This document shows, piece after piece, positions 1-9,646 of a DNA stretch of 64,000 nt; positions within the stretch are counted from its first letter, which is position 1; each line of letters starts with the position of its first letter. The position numbers and the translations under genes are program-made. The stretch is from IMG/VR virus record IMGVR_UViG_3300010885_015027, positions 12,733 to 76,732 of that record, one strand, 5' to 3'. The notes under the pieces were generated by a model. The model searched no databases. It was not told the DNA's origin and saw only the letters and a list, made by a program, of their open reading frames with translations. Origin of the DNA: a virus.

Positions 1-1204
1 TGAAGAGATAGCAGATGCATTTATTAAATCGAATAAGATTCATTCTGCCGATGGTTTCGAGATCGAATTGCGTGATTATCAAATAGATTCTATAAAACAT
101 GGAATCCGTAACAACAGATCTATTACTGTCTCGGTTACAGGTTCTGGTAAATCTGCCATAATCGCTTCTCTAATTCGTTTCTATCACGAAAATACAGAAG
201 GAAAGTGTCTTCTTATTTGTCCAACGACTAGTCTTGTTGAACAATTATATTCTGATATAGGTGAATATTTCCCAGACTGGGATCACTCCACTAAAATTAC
301 TAGAATCTATTCTGGTATGGAAAGAGAAGACAAAAGAATTATCATAAGCACTTGGCAAAGTTTATATGATAAACCGACTTCTTATTTTGATGACATCGAA
401 GTTCTCCTTGGCGATGAGTGCCATTTATATTCTGCCAAAGAAGTTTCAAAGTTATTTGAAAAATGCGTTAATGCTATTTACAGACACGGTTTCACAGGAA
501 CATTATCTGGTGAGAAGATTCATCAATTACAGTTAGAAGGAATATTTGGTAAATCAAGAATTCTTACAACAACTTCAGAGTTAATCAAAAAATCTCAATT
601 ATCGGATTTTAAGATTAATGCTCTTGTCCTTTCTTATTCTGATGCTTCCAGGAAAGCTTCCAAAGATATCACATATGAAGAAGAAGTGAAATTTCTTATT
701 GGTAATGACAAGAGGAATCGGTTCATTGCCAAATTAGCTGCAAGTACGAAAGGAAATACTCTCGTGTTATTCTCTAGAGTAGAAACTCATGGAGAACTTA
801 TCTATAACCTTATTCAGAAGTATACTGATAGACCAGTTTATTTCGTTTATGGTGGAACTGATGTGGATATTCGAGAAGATGTAAGAAAACAAATTAATGA
901 TATTAACGATGGAATTATCGTAGCTTCTTCACAGATATTCTCTACAGGAATTAATATTCCTTCACTTCAGAATATCATATTCACACATCCTTCGAAATCT
1001 AAAATAAGAGTTCTACAATCAATCGGAAGAGTGCTTAGATTATCTGCGAACAAAGTCGGACCAGCAATTCTGTTCGATATCGTTGACGATCTACAATTTA
1101 GGAATAAGAAGAATTTCTCCATGAAACACTTTCTGGAGAGGGCCAAGATTTATGTGCAAGAGAATTTCAATTACAAAATAATTAATGTAGATTTGGAGAA
1201 ATAA
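1..1204 (+). CDS. uvsW: UvsW-like SF2 DNA helicase (5'-truncated by window edge)
   Basis: LRDYQ Q-motif, TGSGKS Walker A, DECH, GFTGT, QSIGRVLR motif VI; frame is open back to position 2. Confidence 0.92.
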   Translation, partial: EEIADAFIKSNKIHSADGFEIELRDYQIDSIKHGIRNNRSITVSVTGSGKSAIIASLIRFYHENTEGKCLLICPTTSLVEQLYSDIGEYFPDWDHSTKITRIYSGMEREDKRIIISTWQSLYDKPTSYFDDIEVLLGDECHLYSAKEVSKLFEKCVNAIYRHGFTGTLSGEKIHQLQLEGIFGKSRILTTTSELIKKSQLSDFKINALVLSYSDASRKASKDITYEEEVKFLIGNDKRNRFIAKLAASTKGNTLVLFSRVETHGELIYNLIQKYTDRPVYFVYGGTDVDIREDVRKQINDINDGIIVASSQIFSTGINIPSLQNIIFTHPSKSKIRVLQSIGRVLRLSANKVGPAILFDIVDDLQFRNKKNFSMKHFLERAKIYVQENFNYKIINVDLEK

Positions 1205-1206
1205 AT

Positions 1207-1413
1207 ATGGAAATAATCAAAATGCCAAAAGCGTCATATGAAAGAATCATTCCGACTTCACTAGAAGGAGCGATGACAGAATTAGACAGACGAATTATGA
1301 TTACTGCGAGAGAAAATCTTGGGCAAGTTCAGGCTCGTGTCATCTTCAGAGAATTGCTGCAAGATTTCATGCAAGGACTAGAATCCAAGTCCTCGTATAT
1401 AATTCGTCCGTAA
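1207..1413 (+). CDS. hypothetical protein
   Basis: ORF directly after uvsW with GGAG SD. Confidence 0.6.
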   Translation: MEIIKMPKASYERIIPTSLEGAMTELDRRIMITARENLGQVQARVIFRELLQDFMQGLESKSSYIIRP

Positions 1414-1429
1414 CAGTAATATCTATTAC

Positions 1430-1477
1430 TTAAAACTGGTACATACCTATTGTAGCTTAGAAAGTCAAGGTAGTCAA
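1430..1477 (-). promoter_or_regulatory. leftward sigma70-type promoter, copy of the 44688-44735 promoter
   Basis: TTGACT-N17-TACAAT on minus strand; 27-bp block identical to 44688-44714. Confidence 0.65.
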
Positions 1478-1547
1478 ATTCTTTTATTTGTTATCTCTTA
1501 AACACAGAATTTGACTATTCGTGAAATATATTGTATAATAGTTCTAT

Positions 1548-1835
1548 ATGATGTTAATAAATATTTCGATGACTGACGAGAACGAGCTATTACCAAGCAT
1601 AGAAGATATTCTCATTAAACCTGAAGATCTTTTGCGTGATATCAAAGCTCTAGTTTTGAATAATAGAATGAATTATTTGGAAGCTGTTGTTTATTATTGT
1701 CAGAAGAATAATTATGATATTGAAGCTGTTGCAAAGACGATTCCACAATCACTCAGAACTCTAGTAGAGGACTCTGCAAAGAAGCTGAAATTATTCAAGA
1801 AAATCCATAATAATAGCAAATCGTTACCAATCTAG
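1548..1835 (+). CDS. 33: late transcription co-activator gp33
   Basis: MNYLEAVVYYC...SLPI pattern; 33-59-32 synteny. Confidence 0.8.
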   Translation: MMLINISMTDENELLPSIEDILIKPEDLLRDIKALVLNNRMNYLEAVVYYCQKNNYDIEAVAKTIPQSLRTLVEDSAKKLKLFKKIHNNSKSLPI

Positions 1836-1841
1836 ATATCC

Positions 1842-2474
1842 ATGGATATGATCGAAACATTTTCTGGATACGATGCATACGTTACTTATCTTGCATTTAA
1901 GTTGCATTTTTCGAGTAACACATACGATTTTTTTAAATTTAATGGAAAAACAAAAGCTAATCCATCATCATTTAATTCTAGAAAAGACAAATATCATTTT
2001 GAAAAGATAGCTGCTAAAATATCTAGAGAATCATTTATTGAGAGGATGTTAATCGAATATCTAGAAAACTCCAATTTTTGGATTAAGGATATCTTAACAG
2101 CAGATAACAAAGCAAGACATCTCGTTTGGAGGGGATATGTGGAAAGTTTTCCATATTCTTTCCGCTCAGAATTAGGTAAGATAAAAGAATATTGTCTTCT
2201 AAACGAAATAAGTTATGCAGAACTGTTTAAGACAAAGGGAATAACTCACCCTCTAATTTTCAAGATGTATATTAGAAAAACGATTCGTCTTGAAACATTT
2301 ATTTGCATAGATAGTTTGATTAAGATTTCGGATAAGATGTCTTCTCCAGATTCTCCTCGTGATCCTGTTTGGGATGAAGTTCAAACACTCATGTCTCATT
2401 ATTTTTCTTTCGTGCAAAAATTTCTACCAGAAAGAAATATACTTAAGAAAATATTTTTAGAAATTTTCAATTGA
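1842..2474 (+). CDS. 59: helicase loader gp59
   Basis: YLAFKLHF..YDFFKFNGK..F..RKDKYHFEK motif. Confidence 0.9.
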   Translation: MDMIETFSGYDAYVTYLAFKLHFSSNTYDFFKFNGKTKANPSSFNSRKDKYHFEKIAAKISRESFIERMLIEYLENSNFWIKDILTADNKARHLVWRGYVESFPYSFRSELGKIKEYCLLNEISYAELFKTKGITHPLIFKMYIRKTIRLETFICIDSLIKISDKMSSPDSPRDPVWDEVQTLMSHYFSFVQKFLPERNILKKIFLEIFN

Positions 2475-2515
2475 CATAATAATGAAAATAGGTTATAATA
2501 AAATTGAGGTGAAAT

Positions 2516-2827
2516 ATGGATGAAGATGAAGTAATTAATTTTGATCCTGAGGAAGAGGATGCTCCTGAAGATGAAGAATTCGACAGTGTATTTGACATAG
2601 AAGATTTTAATGATGAATCAATTGAAGTTTTAATTGATAATGTTTCTGAATCTATTAATACTCTTGAAAGTATTATGTTGAACATGTATTATTCGTATCA
2701 TAGATTGAAAGAAGAAACTGATGAACACATAAATAATTTAGTAACAGAAAATGAGAATTATTGTGAAACAATTACCAAGCTCTATCAACAATTAGCAACT
2801 ATTAGCAACCAAGAAAAAGAGGAATAA
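2516..2827 (+). CDS. acidic coiled-coil hypothetical protein
   Basis: GAGGTG SD; TTGACA-N17-TATAAT upstream. Confidence 0.65.
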   Translation: MDEDEVINFDPEEEDAPEDEEFDSVFDIEDFNDESIEVLIDNVSESINTLESIMLNMYYSYHRLKEETDEHINNLVTENENYCETITKLYQQLATISNQEKEE

Positions 2828-2831
2828 TTAA

Positions 2832-3728
2832 ATGAATTTCGCAGATCTAAAGAAGAAGACAAAGAATAATCTAGATAATCTAGTAGCCGAATTAGAAAAG
2901 ATGTCTACAGGTACTAACAAGTATCAAGACAATCGATTTTGGTCGGTTCCGATGGACGAAAAGACAGGAAATGGCACTGCTCTAATCCGATTACTTCCGG
3001 CGGGACGAAACGATAAATTGCCTTGGGTTTCAGTTTATTCGCATGCATTCCAAGGACCTGGTGGTTGGTATATTGAGAATTCTTTAACCACAATTGGTAA
3101 GCAAGATCCGATTGGTGAGACCAACCAAGAACTTTGGGCCACTGGTATCGAAGCGAATAAAGAAATCGTTCGCAAGCGTAAACGAAAGCAACAATATATT
3201 TCTAACATTTATGTGATTTCGGATCCTAAGAATCCACAGAATGAAGGAAAGGTGATGTTGTTTAAGTATGGCAAGAAGATCTTTGAGAAGATTCAAGAAT
3301 CAATGAAGCCTGTTTTTGAAGGTGACACTGCGATTGATCCTTTTGATTTTTGGCAAGGAGCTAACTTCCGTCTAAAGATTAAGAAAGTTGAGGGATATCC
3401 GAATTACGATAATTCTTCTTTTGAAGCACAAACTGCTTTATTCGATGGTAATGATGAGAAGCTAGAGAAGGTTTGGGATTCTCTATACACTTTGGGTGAA
3501 TTTACAGATCCTAAGAATTTCAAGTCTTATGAAGAATTAAAGGTTCGTCTTGATAAGGTTCTTGGATCTAAGCCTGCCGCTAAGAAGATTGAAGAACCAT
3601 TACCTTCTAAACCTGCACCGAAGATGGATACCAAGAAAGTAGTCGAAGATGATACTCCTTGGAAGTCTGACGAAGATGAAGGTGAAGATGATTCACTAGA
3701 ATTCTTTAGGAAGCTTGCAGAAGAATAA
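2832..3728 (+). CDS. 32: single-stranded DNA-binding protein gp32
   Basis: D.RFW, HAFQGPGGWYIENSLTT, GANFRLKI, acidic tail. Confidence 0.96.
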   Translation: MNFADLKKKTKNNLDNLVAELEKMSTGTNKYQDNRFWSVPMDEKTGNGTALIRLLPAGRNDKLPWVSVYSHAFQGPGGWYIENSLTTIGKQDPIGETNQELWATGIEANKEIVRKRKRKQQYISNIYVISDPKNPQNEGKVMLFKYGKKIFEKIQESMKPVFEGDTAIDPFDFWQGANFRLKIKKVEGYPNYDNSSFEAQTALFDGNDEKLEKVWDSLYTLGEFTDPKNFKSYEELKVRLDKVLGSKPAAKKIEEPLPSKPAPKMDTKKVVEDDTPWKSDEDEGEDDSLEFFRKLAEE

Positions 3729-3735
3729 CTAATAA

Positions 3736-3781
3736 GATTCCCTTCAGAAGATATGTTCACTTTTGAAGGGAATCCTCTTTT
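3736..3781 (+). terminator. hairpin terminator after gene 32
   Basis: GATTCCCTTCA...TGAAGGGAATC stem followed by T-rich tract. Confidence 0.6.
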
Positions 3782-3792
3782 GGAAATAACTT

Positions 3793-3978
3793 ATGAATTG
3801 TGCAAAAGCCAAACTGATTCTCAAAGAATCAACTAATTATTCAGACAAAGAACTTGCATGTTGTGAACCCTGTCACGAAGATGCTGAAGAAGGTTGTAAT
3901 GATAATCTAGATAACGGAACGGAACCATGTTGCAATTTGATCGCATTACTGGTTAATTCAGGACTACTGGATCCATAG
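3793..3978 (+). CDS. small Cys-rich hypothetical protein
   Basis: 61-aa ORF with CCEPC and CC. Confidence 0.55.
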   Translation: MNCAKAKLILKESTNYSDKELACCEPCHEDAEEGCNDNLDNGTEPCCNLIALLVNSGLLDP

Positions 3979-4071
3979 AGGCCTCTGAAGAGTAACAACG
4001 AATAAAATATAGGTCTTTTATTTTCAGTAAAAATTGATTTGAGTGTTCCAAATAAGGTATAATGATTCTAT

Positions 4072-4515
4072 ATGACATTTGAAGATTTAAAAACTGCTTT
4101 TCCTGACGCTACTCTTGATACATGGCACGTTCATCCTAGAGGAGGAGGTTGGGTCGAGAATACTGCTACCGTCGCTGAGACTGCCGACGTTGGTCCTGAC
4201 GCATTGGTCTATGGGAACGCAGTGGTCTCTGGGAACGCTGAGGTCTCTGGGAGATCTCGGGTCTTTGGGTACGCTTGGATCGATGGTGACGCTACGATCA
4301 CCGAGGACGCTCAGATCTATGGTGACGCTACGATCGCCGGGTTCGCTCAGGTCTACGGCGACGCTTGGGTCTACGGCGGCGCTCGGGTATTTGGGAGATC
4401 TCAGATCTCTGGGAGATCTCGGGTCTTCGGATCCGCTCGGATATCTGGGAGATCTCTGGTCTTTGGAGACACGGTAGTCTCTGGGGACCAAATTATTGGT
4501 GAAGTGGCCAATTAA
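4072..4515 (+). CDS. left-handed beta-helix (hexapeptide repeat) protein, copy 1
   Basis: FPDATL.TWH.HP.GGGWV head plus (V/I)xGxA hexapeptides; TATAAT 8 nt before ATG. Confidence 0.85.
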   Translation: MTFEDLKTAFPDATLDTWHVHPRGGGWVENTATVAETADVGPDALVYGNAVVSGNAEVSGRSRVFGYAWIDGDATITEDAQIYGDATIAGFAQVYGDAWVYGGARVFGRSQISGRSRVFGSARISGRSLVFGDTVVSGDQIIGEVAN

Positions 4516-4529
4516 ATTTGATTTGAACT

Positions 4530-4795
4530 ATATCTCCTTCTGAATCAGTCACTTGCAGAATACTGTTGAAAACAAAGGAAATATTCTTTCAAGATCACTG
4601 TGTGCCACTGTGTGGGACGATTTCTGGACATCCAGCGGACCCTGGGTACTCCAAAGCCAACCGATTCGTTGCAGCTCATCTGGAGGATCGTATGAGGATC
4701 GATACTGATGATCATCCGCTTGATTGGTGTTGGGAAAACTATATCTCCTTCTGAATCAGTCACTTGCAGAATACTGTTGAAAACAAAGGAGATAT
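4530..4795. repeat. paired 55-bp palindromes (4530-4584, 4741-4795) flanking a ~155-bp spacer
   Basis: ATATCTCCTTCTGAATCAGTCACTTGCA...GTTGAAAACAAAGGARATAT; the two copies differ by 1 nt. Confidence 0.9.
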
Positions 4796-4810
4796 TCTTT
4801 CGAGGCCTCC

Positions 4811-4839
4811 TTGCTATATGGGTTCCAATAAGGTATAAT
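4811..4839 (+). promoter_or_regulatory. early sigma70-type promoter giving a leaderless mRNA
   Basis: TTGCTA-N17-TATAAT, ATG 6 nt downstream. Confidence 0.8.
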
Positions 4840-4845
4840 GGTTCT

Positions 4846-5403
4846 ATGGCTATTTTGAATACCACCTCGTCTCTTGAATATGTTCCGCTTGGCGCTGTCA
4901 ACCTCCGGGATATTTCTGACAAATATCGTCAATCGGATTTCCCTGAAAACTGGAAATTATACATCTACGAGACGCACAATGGTCTCTGCTTGCACGATTA
5001 CGAACGTAATTATTATGACGATTCAGACTTCATGATGACAGTCTGGAATCTTGAAAAGAATGAACCGGAAGATATCTGCTTCGCTACGACTCGTGGTTGG
5101 TCATATCCTTCTTATGGTTCCAAACCTGACGCAACTCCTGAGATTCAGGAAAAGTATGCTGCTTGGAAGGAAGTCAAGCGGATCGAGGCTCGGATCGAGG
5201 CTCTGGCTGCTGCCGAAGCCAAAGAGGCTGTTACCCCACGGAAAGGCAAGACGATCCGTGTCGTTCGTGGTCGCAAGGTTCCGATCGGAACTGTCGGTGT
5301 GGTGTTCTGGGTCGGATCGAATCGCTTTGGTGTCGCCGTCGGAATCAAAGACGAGACTGGTACAGCGATGTTTACTTCTATCAAAAATGTTGAGGTTGTT
5401 TAA
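4846..5403 (+). CDS. hypothetical early protein with C-terminal KOW/SH3-like segment (start revised from 4708)
   Basis: the upstream ORF extension is translated repeat and promoter; VRGRKVPIGTVGVVFWVG segment. Confidence 0.75.
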   Translation: MAILNTTSSLEYVPLGAVNLRDISDKYRQSDFPENWKLYIYETHNGLCLHDYERNYYDDSDFMMTVWNLEKNEPEDICFATTRGWSYPSYGSKPDATPEIQEKYAAWKEVKRIEARIEALAAAEAKEAVTPRKGKTIRVVRGRKVPIGTVGVVFWVGSNRFGVAVGIKDETGTAMFTSIKNVEVV

Positions 5404-5412
5404 GGAAATAAT

Positions 5413-6018
5413 ATGGCTTCTATTCTAACAGATAATTCTAAGAAAAGCAATAAGCTGATTAACGAAGCTCTGTCTCCGTATATCGCAAAGGTCGAAAATA
5501 TCGACAGAAATTCTCCAGATTATGAGAAATTTAAAAACTATCGTATCACCCAGATTGAGAATGGTATTTTAGATATTGGATCTCTTGCAGAAGTTTGTAT
5601 GGAATCGCAGAACCCCGAAACACTGAAACGAGTTAAGGGTGCTCAGAACGGTTGGGATTTTGAAGATAACAGTGATGCTAAGACGAGCTCATTCGGTAGA
5701 TACGACCATATGGTCGGCCATTTAGTATACGACCGTTATGAATGTAGCATTGTAAAGAAAAACAAAACAGGACTATTGAGGTGTATTATTGGAAACCCAT
5801 TTAATGATACAGTCGTTTTCTTTCTGATTCCACATTCTGTGTATAGTCAGTTTAAACACAACAGCTTCAAAATCCGTTATAATCCATCTAAAAATGCTTA
5901 TGGTAAATTTGAAGAATATCGTGTCGACACCTTTGAAGAATTATGTTCTGATTATGTTGCTCCGGTTTCTCGATATCAACAACACTCTCGGCCAGTTATT
6001 AATTGGAGCTTGACTTAA
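5413..6018 (+). CDS. hypothetical protein, possibly PD-(D/E)xK nuclease-like
   Basis: AAGGA SD; weak WDFEDNSDAK motif. Confidence 0.5.
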   Translation: MASILTDNSKKSNKLINEALSPYIAKVENIDRNSPDYEKFKNYRITQIENGILDIGSLAEVCMESQNPETLKRVKGAQNGWDFEDNSDAKTSSFGRYDHMVGHLVYDRYECSIVKKNKTGLLRCIIGNPFNDTVVFFLIPHSVYSQFKHNSFKIRYNPSKNAYGKFEEYRVDTFEELCSDYVAPVSRYQQHSRPVINWSLT

Positions 6019-6044
6019 TTTAGACAATACGGTATACTATTAAT

Positions 6045-7013
6045 ATGAATGTGAATAAAGATGTTTCGCCACTATATTCTCAGATGAAAGCGTATATTAC
6101 AATTGGACTTCCTGCGTCTGGTAAGTCGACTTGGGCAAAAGAATTCTGTGACACTAACTCGATTACTCGAGTTAATAACGACGAAATTCGCAATCATCTA
6201 TATCTACAACAAGGCCATAGAAATTGGTCTCGAAAATTAGAGTCGGTCGTTCATTCAACCCGAGAAATCATGATCGCCGATCTTGCTATTACTTGTGCTG
6301 ATGTGGTGATTGATAATACACATCTGAATCCAAAAACACTGAATGAAACGATCTCCTTCTGTGAGAGTGTGGGTTATAGTGTCGAATTAATTGATTTTAG
6401 ACATGTTTCTCTTGAGGAATGTCTTAGACGTGATGCCTTGCGTGAAGGACACACTCAGGTTGGCGAGAAAGTTATTCTTGATATGTTCAATAAATTTTTG
6501 AAGACCCCAGCAGATCGTGATCTACCAGCTTGGGTTCCATCAAATCTTCCAGATTGTATTATCGTGGATATCGACGGAACTCTTGCGAAGATGAAAGATC
6601 GTGGGCCGTACGAAGAGGCTAAGGTCTATCAAGACGATGTCCGGAAACATGTTTTGTTCACGATTCTATCTATGATGAATTCGAATCCAGAATTGAAAGT
6701 ATTTGTCTTTTCTGGAAGATCCGAGAAAGCTGTAAGCCCAACAGTAAAATGGCTCAATGATAAGTGCGGACTTGGTGTTGTAAATCATAAGAATTCCGAT
6801 TTTATCTTTGATAATGAAATCGAATTGCATATGCGCAAAGAAGGCGACCGTCGTCGGGATTCTATTATCAAAAAAGAACTGTTTGACTTATATGTGAAAG
6901 AACGGTATAATATACTTGCGGTCTTTGACGATAGGCCACAAGTGATTCGCGAATGTTGGAAAGCACTCAATCTTCCCATTTTCATGTGTGGGATGATAGA
7001 TGTTGAATTTTAA
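6045..7013 (+). CDS. pseT: polynucleotide 5'-kinase/3'-phosphatase
   Basis: GLPASGKST P-loop plus HAD motifs DIDGTLA and FDDRPQV. Confidence 0.93.
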   Translation: MNVNKDVSPLYSQMKAYITIGLPASGKSTWAKEFCDTNSITRVNNDEIRNHLYLQQGHRNWSRKLESVVHSTREIMIADLAITCADVVIDNTHLNPKTLNETISFCESVGYSVELIDFRHVSLEECLRRDALREGHTQVGEKVILDMFNKFLKTPADRDLPAWVPSNLPDCIIVDIDGTLAKMKDRGPYEEAKVYQDDVRKHVLFTILSMMNSNPELKVFVFSGRSEKAVSPTVKWLNDKCGLGVVNHKNSDFIFDNEIELHMRKEGDRRRDSIIKKELFDLYVKERYNILAVFDDRPQVIRECWKALNLPIFMCGMIDVEF

Positions 7014-7035
7014 TTAAAATGAGGATAACTAATAA

Positions 7036-7260
7036 ATGACAAAGATGACACTAAATGAAATGACGCAGAAAGAACGAGTATTGCATATTCTAACTCGCCA
7101 AAATCGACAGAATACTCTGACTGTCCGTCAAGCAAGGAAGGACCATAATATTGCTAATGTTCGAGCAGTAGTTTCTAGTTTGCGACGGGATGGTTTCGAA
7201 ATCCAAACCCGATTTAAGACTAATCGAGATGGTGCCGTAGAATTATTCTACGCACTATAA
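7036..7260 (+). CDS. winged-HTH DNA-binding protein
   Basis: QKERVL..L...LTVRQA...NVRAVVSSLRRDGFEI. Confidence 0.65.
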   Translation: MTKMTLNEMTQKERVLHILTRQNRQNTLTVRQARKDHNIANVRAVVSSLRRDGFEIQTRFKTNRDGAVELFYAL

Positions 7261-7270
7261 ATAAAAACTG

Positions 7271-7292
7271 ATGGGGCGAAAGCCCCATTTTT
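7271..7292 (+). terminator. rho-independent terminator
   Basis: ATGGGGC-GAAA-GCCCCAT-TTTT. Confidence 0.8.
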
Positions 7293-7307
7293 ACATTAAA
7301 TTAATAT

Positions 7308-7715
7308 ATGCTATTGAAAACCATAATGAATTCCAAAATTTCAGATACAATGATTAATCAGATCATTCTAGATCCGAAAGGAATCGCGATGATGATGAAT
7401 ATTTCATTTTTAATCAATATCTTCATGTTCGTTGTTTCGATTTTATCAGTATCATATCTGTGTGTTGTCCGCCCGGAAAATCCTCTTTTCTATTTCTTGC
7501 CGGCATTTCTAGTTGTTTTCTATTTCAAAACAATCTTCGCATACAGAGAATATTTCGTGGTATTCATTGATGCATTTAATTTGCAATATGATATCTTAAA
7601 AAAGATTTCTACTATGAGTGATGAAGAACAAGAATCGTTTTTCTTTGGAATAGATAAAGATATAAAGAACAAATTTCTTTCGTATAAAAAGGAGACTTCT
7701 GATGAAGAAAACTGA
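7308..7715 (+). CDS. membrane protein (2 TM)
   Basis: two hydrophobic segments. Confidence 0.6.
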   Translation: MLLKTIMNSKISDTMINQIILDPKGIAMMMNISFLINIFMFVVSILSVSYLCVVRPENPLFYFLPAFLVVFYFKTIFAYREYFVVFIDAFNLQYDILKKISTMSDEEQESFFFGIDKDIKNKFLSYKKETSDEEN

Positions 7716-7977
7716 TTTAAAACTTCTCATCGAGAATCAGAGAAAGATTGTAGTCTCATTAGAGTATTACTTCCTAGCATCTGGTTATCTTCCTTCTAAA
7801 GACGAACCTCTACAACATCATTTACATAATCTCTGGGCGATAACAGAATTAATTGGCGAATCTTTCGATTTAGATTTAATCAGTTTACCAGAAATTATTA
7901 AAGAAGGGCAACTCCAGAATGGTATAAATAATATGCATCGGATGGGAAAACATGATGACAAAAATACAATTAACTGA
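7702..7977 (+). CDS. hypothetical protein
   Basis: AGGAG SD, operon context. Confidence 0.6.
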   Translation: MKKTDLKLLIENQRKIVVSLEYYFLASGYLPSKDEPLQHHLHNLWAITELIGESFDLDLISLPEIIKEGQLQNGINNMHRMGKHDDKNTIN

Positions 7978-8242
7978 TTGCGCAAAATTCAAGGATACTA
8001 ATGTCTTTTGCATCCTGGTCTTTGGTGACACAACTTCTGTTTTGACAAAGACACTTTTTACATTGATGACTTCTTTCGAAGTTCCAGTTCGTGTTATCGA
8101 TACTGAAGAAAATCTTCTTACATATTCTGAATTCAGAATTAGAACCACACCTTCCGTCCACATTTATAAGAATTCTGAAATTGTTGGTAATTTTTCTCTT
8201 CCTATAGATATTGAAGGAGTGAAACAATGTTTGAAAACTTAA
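7952..8242 (+). CDS. thioredoxin-fold-like protein lacking CxxC
   Basis: FRIRTTPSVHIYKN resembles the Trx cis-Pro region. Confidence 0.45.
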   Translation: MMTKIQLTDCAKFKDTNVFCILVFGDTTSVLTKTLFTLMTSFEVPVRVIDTEENLLTYSEFRIRTTPSVHIYKNSEIVGNFSLPIDIEGVKQCLKT

Positions 8243-8937
8243 ACAAGATCTCGGTAATATTAAAGAATTTAAGTATTGTCGCATTCTTTTGCGCTAGTAT
8301 CTTCTTATTGGTGAAAATTTCTGCCACAGTCAACACTGTTGAAAATGAATTCTTACAAACTAATAATATGATTCGAACGGAAATTCCCATACTCCGTGAA
8401 GAATTGATGCAGACTGCAAATAATACCATTACTAAGATTGATAAACGTATCTACTCAGTAGAGAAAGCTCTATTTTCAAGAATCGATGTTATCGAAAATA
8501 AAACTTTTAAATCTATCGATCGATTACAATCGAATATAGATAATTTAACAGAAGAATCTATCGCTCTGTCAAAAGATTACAGAACTATTCCTGTAAGTCT
8601 TAATACATTTATGACACCCATTAATTCTAAGATGTCTTGTAAATTTAATGATTCGTGTTGGCCTAATCTATTCACTGATGTGTTAATAGATACAAGGAAT
8701 ACAGCAAGAACTGCTTCCAGTTCTTTTATTTTGTTTAACAGAGAAATTCCTAAGATTACTTCTGACATCAATAAATTATCCACATCGTTTTCAGTTGGAC
8801 TTCCAACTATTATAGACAATACATCAAAAGTCACAGACAACATTAACAGACTAACGAAACCAAAATGGTACGATCGTCTCATCGGCGCAGGTGTGAACGG
8901 ATCCATGATATGGTTCAATATCAATCGCGCAAAATAA
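8227..8937 (+). CDS. N-terminally membrane-anchored coiled-coil protein (possible lysis/spanin-like)
   Basis: TM near N-terminus, heptad pattern, next to small membrane proteins. Confidence 0.5.
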   Translation: MFENLNKISVILKNLSIVAFFCASIFLLVKISATVNTVENEFLQTNNMIRTEIPILREELMQTANNTITKIDKRIYSVEKALFSRIDVIENKTFKSIDRLQSNIDNLTEESIALSKDYRTIPVSLNTFMTPINSKMSCKFNDSCWPNLFTDVLIDTRNTARTASSSFILFNREIPKITSDINKLSTSFSVGLPTIIDNTSKVTDNINRLTKPKWYDRLIGAGVNGSMIWFNINRAK

Positions 8938-8968
8938 ATATAAATATTAACAGGAGATATTTAAAAAT

Positions 8969-9337
8969 ATGAAATGGATAAAGAATGTATTCAATTCTGC
9001 AAGCAGTTTTTTTGGAAAGCTTTTCGATACCGATTCGGACGGATTTCTAGTTCTAATCGAAAAGATTTCGCCACTCGTGAATAAAGCGTATCCAATTGTG
9101 AAGAAGATTGCAGCACTGACCCCAAATAAAACAGATGATGCTATTCTAGCTGCATATGAATCAATGGGATTTATTGGTGTATTTGAAGCAGGATCAGACA
9201 AGAGTCTGGCTCTTCGCGATCTAGCTAAGAAGGCACTCACTGCTGCGCATCCCGATCCAGTTGCTGATTATTTAGCACATGCTGCTATTGAATTAGCTTA
9301 TTCCAAATTTAAAGAAACTTCGAAAAAGAATGAATAA
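8969..9337 (+). CDS. late hypothetical protein
   Basis: TATAAATA at 8939-8946 and AGGAG SD. Confidence 0.65.
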   Translation: MKWIKNVFNSASSFFGKLFDTDSDGFLVLIEKISPLVNKAYPIVKKIAALTPNKTDDAILAAYESMGFIGVFEAGSDKSLALRDLAKKALTAAHPDPVADYLAHAAIELAYSKFKETSKKNE

Positions 9338-9569
9338 TTGGACTAAATTTCTGCGGTCCATAGAAAGTGAAGGAGGATCTGTATTAATATTGATCCTCCT
9401 GATCATTATCTTTGCTGCATTTGTGAAATTAGGATTCAAGGATGTAGAGTCGCAGCTGTATTTTATTCTAGGTGCACTTGTTGGAATGTTGAAATCGCGA
9501 GGAATGCATGCAGCGGATAAAGATCCCAAAGAACCAATCATTGATCCTGATTCTTCCAAGAAACCTTAG
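9330..9569 (+). CDS. holin-like two-TM protein
   Basis: two TM segments, charged C-terminus, late operon. Confidence 0.45.
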   Translation: MNNWTKFLRSIESEGGSVLILILLIIIFAAFVKLGFKDVESQLYFILGALVGMLKSRGMHAADKDPKEPIIDPDSSKKP

Positions 9570-9646
9570 TTAAATTTCCATCCAAAATTCGATATTGACT
9601 TTTTTTGTTGGAATACGGTATAATAGATGTGTAGGGAGAATTAATT

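Noticed and set aside
4786-4795. AAGGAGATAT as a T7-like RBS or vector contamination
   Set aside because: It is the palindrome end, lies upstream of the promoter and is not followed by a start codon.
4087-4922. Alternative-frame and antisense ORFs over the hexapeptide genes and palindromes (4087-4491, 4115-4477, 4545-4922, 4566-4754; likewise 34952-35242, 44786-45031, 45451-45954, 45956-46267)
   Set aside because: By-products of stop-poor repeats; no translation signals.
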